Source: the human T2T-CHM13v2.0 reference genome, Homo sapiens
Direction: 5' to 3' (one strand)
DNA length: 64,000 nucleotides
Assembly: GCF_009914755.1 (NCBI RefSeq)
Contig: NC_060935.1
In this document: positions 15,534 through 29,320 of the stretch, one piece after another
Numbering within the stretch: position 1 is the first letter of the stretch
Layout: every line of letters begins with the position of its first letter
Notes under the pieces: model-generated
Told to the model about the DNA's origin: nothing
The model's database searches: none
What the model saw: only the letters and a program-made list of their open reading frames with translations
Position numbers and translations under genes: made by a program

Positions 15534-15938
15534 TGTCCTAGTCGGTTTTCTGTTGCTTATAACAGAATATTGAAAACTGAGTACTTTATAAAGAAAAGGA
15601 CTTTAGTTTTTACAGTTATGGTGGCTGAAATCCAAGGTCAAGGGTCCACATCTAGTGAAGGCCTTCTTGCTGGTGGGTGCAGGGCATCACAAGGTGAGGG
15701 GGCTGTGTGTGTCAGCTAAGTCTCTCTTCTTCTTACAAAGCCATGAGTTCCATTCCCATGATAACCTATTAATCTATTAATCCTTTAATTCATTAATCCA
15801 TGAATAGATTAATCCATTCATAAGGGCAGAGCTCTCATGGCCCAATCACTTCTTAAAAGCCCCACCTCTCAATTCTGCCACACTGGGGATTCAATTTCAA
15901 CACAAGTTTTGAAGGAGACAAATATTCAAACCATAGGA
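15534..15938 (-). mobile_element. ERVL-MaLR solo LTR (MST-type) inserted in L2
   Basis: tgtcctagtcggttttctgttgcttataacagaa...ctcatggcccaatcacttcttaaaagccccacctctcaat...attcaaaccatag. Confidence 0.85.
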
Positions 15939-15939
15939 A

Positions 15940-16430
15940 TGTTGCTTCTCTGACTGAAACCCTCCAAAGGCTTCTCATCACACTTAGAATTAAATTCCAA
16001 ACCCTTTTCCATACCTTACAGCACAATCCGGAGGTGCTGCTTCTCTGGCCTTGTCTCTTTACTGTCAACCTATCACTCGATGCATTCCCAAGCTACTAAC
16101 CTCTTTGCTGTTTCTCAAGCATGCTCCCACTTCTGGGCCTTTGCATATGCCATTCCCTCTGCCTGGTATTCTCTTTCCCCAAATATCCACATGGTTTGAT
16201 TCTTTATCCTGCTCAAAGGTATCTTCTCAAAAAGAACTTCCCTGATGAAAATAAGCAGCATCCCCACCCCATCACTTTCTATTTGCTTTTTATTTGTAGT
16301 ATTTATTGATTACTAACTGGCATTATAATATACATTGATATTGATGTGTTGGCCTTGGTCGCCCATACTGGAATGCAAGTGCCATCAGTTTTGGTGCATG
16401 CTGTATCCTCAGAAGGAATGAATGAATAAA
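15940..16430 (+). mobile_element. L2 3' region
   Basis: ctcatcacacttagaattaaattccaaa...gggcctttgcatatgccattccctctgcctgg...gaatgaatgaataaatga. Confidence 0.75.
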
Positions 16431-17349
16431 TGAAAGGGGGGGTCAAAGAGACACCAGCATTTCCAATCTGGATAGATGGGAGGCCAGCAGAGCTGCCATG
16501 AACCAGGATAGGAAACACAAAAGAAGAAAGAATTTTGAAAAGAAAGATGAAGTCTGTTTCTAACATTTACAGTTGTAGTGCCAGCTGGACATCCCATGGG
16601 AGAATCCTAGTAGGTAGCTGGGAAAGGACTGGAATTCTGGTGGGCACTGGGGCTCAGGAATCAATCATAAAGAGCAATTATTCAGCCATGACACTGGCTG
16701 GCCAAAAGCATAGACAACCCATCTATGAGTGCATTCGAAATGAGGAAGCAGGCAGGGAAAGAGAGGTTTTTCATTATCCACTCATTGCTCTTGGGAATAA
16801 ATCCCAAACCCTCTCCATGTTCCCTACAAGACCACACATAATCTAGCCCATTGTCCGTGGCTCTGACTTCATCCCTCCACCATTGTTCCCTGCACTTTAG
16901 CTACACTAGTATTCTTTCGGTTTCTTGAATTTGCTAAGTTCCTTCTCACCCCAGAGCCTTCACAGTTTTTCTTCCTTTTCCTGGAAGCCACCACTCCAAC
17001 TTTACTACTCCTCACTCAGCTAACATGTTTTATCTTGCAGATCTCAGCTTTGAGATGTATCACTTCCCCAAACTGTTCTTCCTTGACTTGCCTTCCCCTA
17101 TCCCAGCTTCCACCTTGTTATATGCTTTTATAATATGTTGTAAATATGTAAATACACACATGCAGCAGGTAGCTGATAGAGAGAATGTGTATGACTGTTT
17201 GATGTCTGCTCTATTAGACCATAAGCTTAAAGGACTAGTGGGCCAGTGACAATGCCTGTGATGTTCACCATTATATCCTGGCAGCTAGCACAGTTGTGGT
17301 GTATAATAGATGCTCAATTAAAAAAAAACTGTTCTGTGAGTGAGCTGAA

Positions 17350-18750
17350 GCAATTACAAGAGAAGCAGGAGGAGAACAAAAAATATATACAATGATATGA
17401 AGTCAAGGTGGATTTTTCAAGTAGATCCAGGGCATTGCCACTGTTCAATACTGCAGTTGAACATGGCAGGCTGAAGACCAAGGAAAACCTGCAATCGAAG
17501 GGCCTAGAAAATTGTGACTTTAGGAACCCAATTTAAATATGGTGATTAAGGAGGTAGAAGAGGTGTTGAGGAGAGAGTAGGTGGGAGAGAAATAGAATCA
17601 GCTAGTATAGACTGCTCTTTCAAGAGATTTGGCAGTAAAATTAAGAGAAGGAGAAGATGAAGGTTGAAATTGTTAGAGTCACCAAAAAGAATTCTTAGGG
17701 TGAAGAAGAATTTTACGTTTTCTAAAGTCAAAAAGAAAAGTTTAGCCAAAGGGAATGACAAAACATTCATAAACAAGTAGAAAGCAGTTGATGGGGCAAA
17801 GCCCCAAAGAGAAAGGGAATGGAATCTGGGACTCAAATGGAGAAGCTGGGGGTGGGATGGTGGGAAGAAAATTCAGAAATTCGGGGCAGATGCCTCAGCT
17901 GCACATGCATCCAGCCATTTAATCCTCTCTACAAATCTCTTTGAGGCTGGTACTATTGTCATCCCCACCTATGGGTGAAAAAGGTGAGGCTTGAAACAGT
18001 AAATAAATTGCTCCCAGACATAAAACTGTTTGCTACTTGAGCTCAAATTCAAGCCCAAGACTGTCAGTTTCCAAAATCCATTCTTCCCCCTTACACTTAT
18101 TGTGCACCGCAAAGGATGAAGTGGAGAAGCTTTACTCCTCTGAGATGGGAAAGAAGGGAGTGTGGTGGAGGGTAGGGAAGTTGAGAGAGCTCCAGTGAGG
18201 TGGCTTTCCCTCCACAGTGAAGGAAGAGGCAAAGGCATCTTTGAAAAGTGAAGTCTAGCTGAGAGTGAAAGATTTAGAAGAGATGCTACAGAGAGTGGAC
18301 AAGAAGCCAGGTGGAGGTGATGAGAGAGTGGCCAAGTCACAGAGACAGTCCTCCCGAAGTTGTAACAGATCCAGATGTCCTGGGTTCCTGAACTTCCCCA
18401 GCAATGAGAAAGAGTGGAGAAAATAGAAGGGGTCTGTACAGGTCTGGAAATTGGCAAAAGAGGCAGGGCTGCAGTAGAAAGACAAGAGAGCAAGACAAGG
18501 AAGCAGCATCTTGCAATGATTGAATCTGGGCCCAGGGCTGGGCTGATGTTACGAACATTAGGAGAGAAAGGATATTTGATTGTGAAAATTGAGGATTTGA
18601 GGCCAGGACATTGGAAGGGTTATCAATATGAGAGTTGGAGCTCTAAAGGGAGACAAAGAGAGGTGGAGAGGTGAAGGCTGTGGACCTGGTGCTAAAATTT
18701 TTAAGGACTCCAAAAGAGGAAATGCTGTTTTAGGATAAGGGTAGAATTAT
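17350..18750 (-). mobile_element. Degenerate long L2 remnant interrupted by a MIR (~17915-18085)
   Basis: Purine-rich L2-antisense character, e.g. gtatagactgctctttcaagagatttggcagtaaaa. Boundaries uncertain. Confidence 0.55.
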
Positions 18751-19300
18751 GGTCTGTGAGCTAGAGGGAATCCATCAGCTTATTCAGAGGACAGAGGTGA
18801 AATATGAGCAGACCCAGTAGAGAACTCTGTGAGGGGAGCGACGTCTTGATAGAGGACTTACCACCTTGAGAAAGTGGCAGCGATGCTTGAGAAGACCCTG
18901 AACATCCTGGGGAGTTTGTTCCCGGTGGAAAGCAGTGGCTCTGTGGGTCTTAGAAGTCATGACCAAATTCATAGACGAGAGAGGTGATGGAGGAAGAGAT
19001 AGATAGGAATGGCCATGTCTGAGCTTGCCCATAGCATGTTGAGTTTAAGTGAAAGGAATTAATTCACTCCAAAAATCATTGTTGAGGATCTACATACTAG
19101 AGTAGGAATACAAATGAGACATAGTCACATCCTTAGGGAACATCATTTTACAGAGAAAATAGATTCATAGCTTAGTGATTAGTGTGCAGTTACGTAGCTT
19201 GGGCCCAGACTACAGCTTTGCCACTTGACGTACAGTTACTTAAACTCTATGAATCTTCATTTTTTCATTGTAAAATGTAGATAATAATAAAACCCACCTT

Positions 19301-19607
<307 letters not shown>

Positions 19608-20027
19608 TATGACCCACCTCATCAATTTGTTACAAAGATTAAATGAGATAATACATGAAAAGAACTTAGCACGGTGTCTGAAATACAGTTCTCATTAATG
19701 TCAGCTATTACTATTCATTAGAATACAGAAGGAGAAGTGTTGAGATACAGAGATGACCAGAGTGCTTTTATAACTAGATGAAATCAGGAGAATACTTCTA
19801 TCATTTTAGAATGAAGAGGTCTTTTAAAGTAAAACATAAAACTTAAAAGCCAAAAAGCAAAATATGCTCATATTTACTAATATAAAAGTGTGAAGCTTAA
19901 AGAAAGTGCATCTTCTATATGAAAAGAGGCATTATCAAGTTAAAAGGCAAGCTAAAACTTTTGGAAAATATGTTCACCCTCTCTAACAGACAAAAGTTTA
20001 TATTCATCCTATGTTCAAAGTCATTAC

Positions 20028-20275
20028 AATAGTCAAATCTGTAGAGATGAAAAGTAGAATGGTGATTTCCAGGGGCTGGGGAGAGAAAAGATGAGAAGTT
20101 ACTGTTTAATGGGTATAGAGTCAGCTTTGCACGATGAAAAGCGTTATGGAGATGGATGGTGGTGATGGATGCACAACATTGTGAATGTACTTAATCCCAC
20201 TGAACTGTACACTTGGAAATGGTTAAGATGGTAACTTTTATGTCAGGTGTATTTTACCACAATGTTTTTTTAAAA
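20028..20275 (+). mobile_element. L1MB-like 3' end fragment nested in an older L1M
   Basis: aaagtagaatggtgatttccaggggctgggg...ttgtgaatgtacttaat...gaactgtacactt...tattttaccacaat; flanks aaagtcattaca / aaagccattgca. Confidence 0.85.
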
Positions 20276-20618
20276 AGCCATTGCAAATGAAGAAAAATGA
20301 AATTGAACACTCCAATAGAAAAATGATCGATGGATATAAAAATACTTCAAGGATGAAGGACATAAATGGTGGTTAAATATCAAAAACTATCAAGCTCAAC
20401 AATTGAAAACAGGAAAGTTTTTGACCAATTAGGTAAGACAGATTAACTACAGCAATAATACCCACTCATAGTGTGAGCCTCTGACACTCTTACGCACCAT
20501 GTGTGGGAGTAGAAATGGGCAGTAGAATGCTTTTTTAGAAGACAATCAGGCTGGAGCTATCAACATATGAAATGAGATGCCATTTGATCCAACAATGCCA
20601 TTTTTAGAATATATTCCA

Positions 20619-20898
20619 GGCCGGGAGTTGCGGCTCACTCCCGTAATCCCAGTACTTTGAGAGGAGAGGTAGGTGGATACACTTGAGGCCAGAAGTTCAA
20701 GATCGGCCTGGCCAACATGGCGAAACCCCATCTCTTCCAAAAATACAAAATTTAGCTGGACGTGGTGGCACATGCCTGTAATCTTAGCTACTCAGGAGGC
20801 TGAGGCACTAGAATTGCTTGAACTGGGAAGGCGGAGGTTGCAGTGAGCTGAGACTGTTCCACTGCACTACAGCCTGGGCGACAGAGTGAGACTCTGTC
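20619..20898 (+). mobile_element. AluS lacking its poly-A tail
   Basis: Both arms, ending gagactctgtc and directly fused to the next Alu. Confidence 0.92.
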
Positions 20899-21112
20899 AC
20901 GGTGAAACCCCGTCTCTACCAAAAATACAAAAAATTAGCCGGGCGTGGTAGCAGGCGCCTGTAGTCCCGAGGCTGAGACAGGAGAATGGCATGAACCCAG
21001 GAGGCAGGGCTTGTAGTGAGCCGAGATCTCACCACTGCACTCCAGCCTGGATGACAGAGCAAAACTCCATCACACACACAAAAAAAATATATATATATAT
21101 ATATATATATAT
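20899..21112 (+). mobile_element. 5'-truncated AluY with A/(AT)n tail
   Basis: Y-type acggtgaaaccccgtctc, aaaaaattagccgggcgtgg, gaatggcatgaaccc. Confidence 0.88.
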
Positions 21113-24100
21113 ACCAGAGAAATAGCCACTGAAATGTATAAAGGTATAAAGGGATTTATACTAGCATTGCTTGAGATTAAAAAAAAAAAAGAAGCTACCT
21201 AAATAGCCATAAAGAAACAGATTTTTTTAAATGATAGTACAAGCACACAATGAACCAGTAATCAGCCACTGAAAAAGCAAAGTTGCTCTCTCTATTACAA
21301 CATGAAAAATAAATATGAGAGATAGCAATTGAAAAGTAACACACTAACCGGTATTATCCCGTGATCTGTTTTTCACTTTCTAAAAGTATACAATGGTCCC
21401 TTTTTTATTTAAATGAAAAGATTTAGTGTATGCTTATAAATGCAAAGAAAAGAACTCAGTGGTACCTGTGGTCACCTGGAGCCATGAGAATGGAAAGGGA
21501 GGCTTTCATTTTTTACTTTATACACCTCTGTGATGTTTGCTCACAGTTTTCTAGGAGCACTTTCTAGTTTTTGTAATAAAAGAAGCAAACATGAGAAAGT
21601 TAGGAGAAAATAAAAGTGTTTGTGGAGCCTAGAAGCAGAACTAACTAACATCCTACAAAAAGTGTCAGAATGGGGTGAAAAGCTGTTGTAAGGTGAGGAG
21701 GAATGTGCTAAGTGGAGAGGGTGATGAAAGCCCTCCCCAGGCTGAGGGAGGCAGGCACCTTGGAAGCAAGTTCAGGACACCTGTCAGTGGTGGGGACGAA
21801 CAGGTGTGACCAGGCAGGAGAAGGCACTTAGTTGATGATATCAACTTCCCCCAGTTCCAAGTGGAATGTGGATTTGAAAGAGTACATTCTTTCACCCAAA
21901 AGTATTTACTGAGAACTACTATGTGGTATAGAACAAAATCCACATGAACTCTCTTCCTTTCAAATTGCTTTCAGTCTAACGGTAGGGGCACACCAAAAGT
22001 TAAATTAAATTTAAATTTAAGTAAGATAAAATTAAATAATTGGCAAGGGCTTTGAAGAAAATACTGACAGTGCTGAAGTGCAGAATATGGGAGATGGGTC
22101 CAGGCAGTTATGTTTCAGTTTATATGCACACTATTTTTAAAGCCATTATAGTAGTGAAATTCAGAGATGAAAAGTAGAATGGTGATTGCCAGGGGCTGGG
22201 GAGAGGAAATATGAGGAGTTACTCTTTAATGTGTACAGAGTTTTAGCTTTGCAAGATGAAAAGAGTTACGGAGATGGTTAAGGAGATAACTACAACCCTC
22301 TGAGGCAGTTTTGTTTAAGCTGAAAGTTGAAGGATGACAAAGCATGCGCTTAATGGAGGCACTGCGGTGAAGGGCAAAGGCTTTCCAGGCAGAGAACACC
22401 ATGTGCGAACATTGAGAGAGGAAATGTCTGAGAAAGGAAGGAAAGTCAGTGTAACCATTTTCCAAAGCAATATCAGGAATTTGCCTAAGTTGGTATTCCT
22501 TTATAGCACCTAGGTTGGCTGAGGGCTGAGGACCTGGAGTGCCCTTCTGCAAACACCTGTTAACTAATGGGCTTTTTGTTTGACATGGCATTAAAATTTT
22601 TTACTACATACTAAACCTTGTACCCTAACTTCATTCATGTGTCCTTAGGCATTTCTACTCTGTGTGTTGTGTATCTGTGTGGGCGGGGGGCAGAGGGAGA
22701 GACAGAGAATGAAAAACAACGACAGAGAGATGGAGGGAGAGAAAAACAGAGGAGAAGGAGGGAGGGAGAGGGAGACTTGGAGTGCAATTTAGGTACGCTA
22801 TCTGTTCCTATCTTAAACAATTAAATGCAGAAAACGTGCACCCTGAAACTGTTACTCTTTTGAAACTGAATACCATCAGTGTTGGTGCAAGCCAAATGTT
22901 GCTGAAAGTCACATTGAATGCAAAAAGCTGCATGGAGGGAGAGCAGCAGGATTGACCATTGCTGCAATGCAGCTTCTTTTAAACTTTTGGCCATTATATG
23001 AATGGCAAAGAGTGTAACAGCTGATGTGTAAACTCTCCTTGATTCAATTAAGATGGAGCAAACACAGCACTCATCCCTGGGGAGCCCACAGTCTAATGGG
23101 GAAGATCAAGAGCATGGACCGATCCCATACAAGGTAATAGCTGCTAGAAGAGAGGCACGCATCTAGTGCCATGCAAACACAGATCAGGGAGCAACGAACT
23201 CAGCAGGGGTGGGAACAGGAGCCAGGAGCACTCCTGCAAAAAGAGGTGAGATGTGGGGGGGCGCACTGCAGGGCTGAGCAGGAGGCAGTCAGTAGGCGAT
23301 GGGATTCCAGGTAGAAGAAACAGCATGAATAAAGAAAGCAGAGCTAAAAGTACACAATGTTTTCAGGAAATAATGAGCAGGCAAATGTGGTTAGAAGCTC
23401 AGGGAGTGGCTGGTAATGAATCTGAAAGTTAGGCAGAAAGTCAAGGAGTGAAGGGCCTTGGATGGCCTATGAAGAATTTTGGAATTTCTGTAGGTGTGTA
23501 TTCAGGGAGGGTTCCCTCAAAGGCTTTCAGGAGAGGAGGTGATCTGAGAGCTGCGTTTAGAAAGATGACTGACTACTGCGTGACGGATGGACAGAGGGGC
23601 AAGTCAGGGCAAGCAGATGAGACAGGATTCTTGTTTAGGACACTGTTCCTCCTCCACCCCACCCTCACCTCAGCCTGGCCTCTGTACACGAATAGGTCTA
23701 ATGGCGGATCGAGAAAAACACCAGTCAGCTTCCGCTCTTCCTCCATGGCAGGGCCGACCTCGGCACATCCACACTGCGGTTTTCTCTTGGAAGGAAGGAT
23801 CAGGCTAGCGGGGCAGTGTCCTCATGAGGCCTCGTGCACACCCCTAAATCCTCCGTTAGGAGATGCCTGTAGGCCTGTAGCAGCCGCAGACAGAGCTGAG
23901 CCCTGGCTTCAGACTCTTCCCTAGAAGGAGCAATGAGGAAGTTTATCCTCTACCTTCCCAGGAGAGTATCTGCTTGATGCTGGGTTATCTCCTAAGCTGA
24001 ATTTTGATTACTTTGTATTTAAGTTTAGGAACGTCTCTGTCATTTGGGAACTGCTTTTCTGGCTGCAGCTCAACAGTGGCGAACATGGACACTGGGAACA

Positions 24101-26289
24101 GGCCCAGAGTCCTGAAATGATTAATATCCTGTGTTGTGGGATGTCCAAACGCATGGATAGCCAAAGCATTTAGAGAGCCAGGCTAGGCAGTGCAGTGTGA
24201 TGGCAGACAAGTCCCTTGAGTTATACGGGGGGAAAGATGCTACAATTCCATACACTAAATCAATGAAATTGAATAAAGGTTCTGAACCAAACCTCCCTGT
24301 GGACATTGACTTTCAGGAAATGGCTCGGGGCTGGTTGGTCTGCAGAGCTCTGGCACGGCTTCTCCAGGGAGACTCAGCCGATCCCAGGTTTACCATCTTA
24401 CACTCTAGACCTGATCCCTCACTTTGACCAGTGGCAGCCCTGATCTCCTGACTGCCACAGATCAATTGCTTTGTTTATCTTATTGTCAGCCTGTTTTGGA
24501 AACACTCTCCTAGACTCCTTTCTGACTCATAGGTTAAGGAGCGTGAGTAATTCTTCTGGAACTCACTTGGAACAGGAGGGAACCCTTCCCATTTGATTTC
24601 CGGTCCTAAAAAAAGACAAGATAGTTCACACAGGATGCTAATTAGTTTTCCTATTCAACAGTTAGCGTGGCCTAGTCCTGTTTGGAAAGCTGCCTTTTGT
24701 GCTGCAGGGTTTAGAAATTTGAATACCTCCAGCTTTTATTCAGAATTTATAAAATGACACCAGAATATCGTTTTGTTGTGATTAGTTTTGCTGCTAAAAC
24801 TAGGGTTTTTGGTTTTGTTTTGTTTTTTTACAGAGAAAACCCAAATGATTTCTCTTATGAGACATAAAAATGAGGAGAAATGAACAACCAGATTTCTCTT
24901 CTACATTGTTCTCGTTTTATTGTTCGTGGATGAAGGTAAACTCTCATTGTCCTCCTGCTGTATTTTTTGGCCTGTCCTTCTAAGCAGTGATGTAAACTCA
25001 TGAAAGCTTTCACTCCAAATGGGTGTGACTCTCTTTGTAGCCAGAATGGTTTGGCGTTCACTTTCTATAGCAGAAATGGTAAGAAAGTGGCTTTATATTC
25101 TTCTGTTTCTAAACTGGCTTAAGAGAGGACCAGCCCCTTTGTAGAAGTCAGATACCTGAGAGCTTTTCAGGTTGCCTATAGGAAGTATTCTAGCTCTGCT
25201 GGGGGAAAAACCACGGAGCGCAAGTTCAAACTCTCACCTTAGGGGCAGGGTTACAGGGAGCTTTAACTTTCTACTTTATGCAGTTTTGTACAGTTTGCAT
25301 TTTTCACAATGAATGTGGAAGACAGGACGAAAAACCAATCAAAGACTGACTATATTTATTTGGAAATCGTTTCTTCATTCATTTTTGTCTTAGCTGCTCT
25401 GTGACCTTGGACAAGTTAATTCACCTCTTTGTCCTTCTCTGTAAAATAAAGGTGGCAATACACCCTATATAAGGCTCTTGTGCACTAAAACATCTAATGC
25501 ACATAAGCACTCATATTGAGTACACATAGTCATGCTCCGTAAGCTTTACTGTTGTTGTTGCATTGTTGATATCGCTCACTGCCAGTACCCAAGACCCCTC
25601 TCTGAAGCATGGCTGTTGAGTGGTGCAGAATGTAACTCTCACCCTTTTGATTGCAAGGAAGAATATTAGTCTTAATTAGAAAAACATTATATTGGGAAGA
25701 TTTGGAAGAGAAAGGCAAACCCACACGTTTACCCACTTTCTCTCCAATCATTTCTTCAGAAAACAGCTGAGAAGGTCACTGTCCACCCCATGCTTCTTCC
25801 AAGTGTAAGTCGGATTAGGTTCCCCCTCACTTGAGCCCTCTAAAGGCTTCCAAAGCACTTTGAATAAAGTCAGACTCACCTGCCCTCCTAGTCCCTCCAG
25901 ATCTGCTTCTACTCACTTCTTTCCTGGCCTATCCACTCTCCTGCCAGCTCATTAAGCTCTGGCACCCGATCAGACCTCATATGGGCAGCCCACCCTCCTA
26001 TATCCACTGTTCCTCATGGATCTCAGTCTAAATATCACCTCCTCAGAGAGGCCCTTTCTTGTCTGCTCCCTTCATTATCCTGTACACAGCCCTCTGTCTA
26101 GTTCACTGTACTTGACAGAAGCTATAACTAGTTTACTTGCTTGTGGGTTTCTCTCACCAGATTGTAGGCTCCAGGAAGGCAAAGAGTAACCTGGACTGGC
26201 ATGTAGTAAGTGCTTATTAAATACCCCATAGTAAGTGGGCAAGGGGCAGATCTGTGGAAGGAGTAAGAGAAGGAGAGAAGGGAAAGGAA

Positions 26290-26343
26290 CAAAGGAAGGA
26301 AGGGAGGGAGGGAGGGAGGGAGGAAGGAAGGAAGGAAGGAAAG
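26290..26343 (+). repeat. (GGGA)n/(GGAA)n microsatellite
   Basis: Directly visible. Confidence 0.9.
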
Positions 26344-27630
26344 TCTGCAAAGGAAGGAGAGGTTAACTATTCAAGTGGGTGGCTTTAAAAGTCTAATGAC
26401 TGGTAGAATGTGGTGCTAATGACAGGAACAGTTTGGGAGGGAGAATAAGATGAAAGAGTAGATTGAGAGCTTGGTTCAAACATGTTGCATTAAAGTGAAA
26501 CTTCCACCAGGCAGAAAGATGCGGGACGAAAACTCAGGACCAGGCCAGCGCTGGAGATGCCAGGTAGAGAGTGATGAAATGGTATTTAGTCTCTCAGAAT
26601 GGAAGAAACCTTTAAAGGTCAGGGAAGGAAGGAAAAGAGAAGTAGCTTCTGGGAACCAAACCTTTGGGTTCTAGGGAAAATATGATTGCAAAACAGAAAT
26701 TTAAAGGAATCTGTAAAGAGCAAGATCATGAGTGGAGCCTGAAGCTTAATTTGACCCAGCGTGGGAAACCTCACCCGGGCAGGACATGGACGGATTGACA
26801 GATTGCTGTCTCTGTTCAGGGTCAGTGAATGAGAAGGCACATTCAGACAGACAGGAGATGGAAGATGGTGTGAGGTCATGGCTAATGGAGAAGAGGACAG
26901 GTTCTGAAGAAGACACCAATATAGTATAAAATGCCTAAGGACACATTGCTCACAGGTTACTGATACCTCTTAGCAGTGTCCTGCCAATTAATGAGCAGGT
27001 GATGGCGATGACACCAGGCAAAATTGTGAAGTCAATGGAGTCTTTCTTTCCCTTCAAGGCTTTTTCTGCTTCCATTTGCCCCTTTCTTGCTGCTGGTGGT
27101 GTTTCTCAGAGGGACCATGGAGAAGAGAAAACAGTAGGGCCGTGGAGCTGGAGGGCTCTGGGTTTGTATTACCTACTGCCAGCTGGGTGATTGGGAACAT
27201 TTTCTCTGTGAGCCTTAGTATTGTTAATCTTTCAGGTGAGGATGATAATATCTACCTCCCGGGTAGTTATGAAGATATCAGAAAGCCTCTGAAAAGCCCC
27301 TAGCACACAGTCAGTGCTCTGGAAATGTTAATTCTCTTCCTTCCCAAGGACTTTCACTTTCTGCTCCCTTCCATTCTTATCAGAAATTAGTGAAACTACT
27401 TCATCTTTTCTAGGAGTATTGGCATTTAAAGCTTTTTATGCACTTGTGAAATGCATTTTTAATTATTCATTCATTCATTCCACAAATGTTTATTGAATAC
27501 TTACTACGTTTGTGTCCAGTGCTGGGCTAGGTGCTGGGAGCACAAGGGTGAATGCAACAGACACACCACACCTCAAAGCTTGTTAGGGAAATTAGCTTCA
27601 TTGTTCTAAAGTATATGCAGGAAGGTGCAG

Positions 27631-27822
27631 CAGTAGTTCCAAACTCCTGCATGCACCAGAATCGCTTGGAGGGCTCTTTAAAACTGATTGCTGGGCCCCA
27701 TTCAAAGAGTTTCTGGCTCAGTAAATCTGGAGTAGAGTCTAGGAATCTGCATTTCTAACAAGTTCTCAGGTGCTGTTGCTCCTACTGCTCATGGTTCAAG
27801 GACCACACTTTGAGAACCATTG
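27631..27822. mobile_element. MER5A (hAT-Charlie)
   Basis: cagtagttccaaact...gattgctgggcccca...aatctgcatttctaacaagttctcaggtg...accacactttgagaaccattg. Confidence 0.88.
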
Positions 27823-29033
27823 AAATAGAGCATTAGGGAGAAAGGGGAATAGGGTATTAGCAGATATTAGTAGAGTATTGTCAGAAGAATCTGGTACCTC
27901 TTGTCTTTAAGATATGTTGTTTTCTTTGATAAAGGTAAGCTGGGGTTATTCCAGCTAAGTGCACAAACTCCAGATGTTTTGGAGGTACAGAGGACCTATA
28001 GGCACAGCAACCTCAGCTTCCAGATGCAGAGCCCATTTGCTTTCCACCCCAGTTCATCTCTTCTCCCTGTCCTTAAAGTCTCTATTCAAATCAAAGCCTT
28101 TTTCTGATGACTTTCCTCACTTTCCCAGACAAATTTTGGCCATTCTCCGCTCCCATCACACTTAATACTTCCCTTTATTATGATAACCATCTCACTGGAT
28201 TGTAAACTTGTTTATTGACTTATATTCCCTGCTAGCCCAGAAATGCCTTGATAGGTGGAACTATATCTTATATCTCTCAGTATCGCAGTTAAAACTTGAA
28301 TGTTTATGGACCACTAGACTAACTGATAGGATAAATGGATGTGTTTAATGAGTATCAAATTATATGACATGAGGAAAATCCATCAAAATGATACTGTGTG
28401 TAGATACTGAGAATCAGGAGCAAGTGTTCTCTTGTCTGACCAAAATGGGTTGAACTTGTTACTCCACTGATAACCATGTAATCTTGGATCAAATGCCCAA
28501 TCATTTGGAACTTTCCTTTCATTATTGGTAGAATAAGGACATTAATCTTTGCATGTGTGTGAGGATTAAATGAAATAACGTATATAAAATGTTTAGCATA
28601 GTGCTTGGCACATAGAAAATGTGAAATAAAATGTACTATTTGATAAAATAAAGCAAAAGGAAGAATTAAAAAATGAAAACTGGGCTGGAAAAAAGTGACA
28701 CAGTCAGTTAAAGCTATTTATAATACTTGCTTAATATTCATGTCTAATTACTAAGAAGCAACTTTTTTGCATATCAGTTAATATATGTCAAATTAACTTT
28801 GGTAATTATTTTTCCATTAAACTGCGTGTTGTTCTCAAGTCAAGAAGACTGAAGACTAAGTAAAAGCCATTTGAATTGGTGTTTAGGATGTCATTGGTGA
28901 CTTTTAAAAACTTTTATTCAGGAAAATGGGCATATAGGAGGATAAGGAAAGATTTCAGAGTGTATAACAAGAGGCCACAAATACAGACAACTTTCTTGGG
29001 ATAAGTATAGCAATACTTAAGAGAGAAAGATAG

Positions 29034-29320
29034 GCCAGGCACAGTGGCTCACACCTGTAATCCCAGCACTTTGGGAGGCTGAGGAGGGGGGATCATCTGA
29101 GGTCAGGCATTAGAGACCAGCCTGACCAATATGATGAAACCCCATCTCTACTAAAAATACAAAAATTAGCCGGGTGTGGTGGCATGTGCCTGTAACCCCA
29201 GCTACTCGGGAGGCTGAGACAGGAGAATGGCTTGAACCCGGGAGGCAGGGTTGTGGTGAGCCGAGATAGTGCCATCGCACTGCAGCCTGGGCAACAAGAG
29301 CGAAACTCCGTCTCAAAAAG
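29034..29320 (+). mobile_element. Full-length AluSq/Sp
   Basis: gggcaacaagagcgaaactccgtctc diagnostic; flanks agagagaaagata / agagagagagata. Confidence 0.93.
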
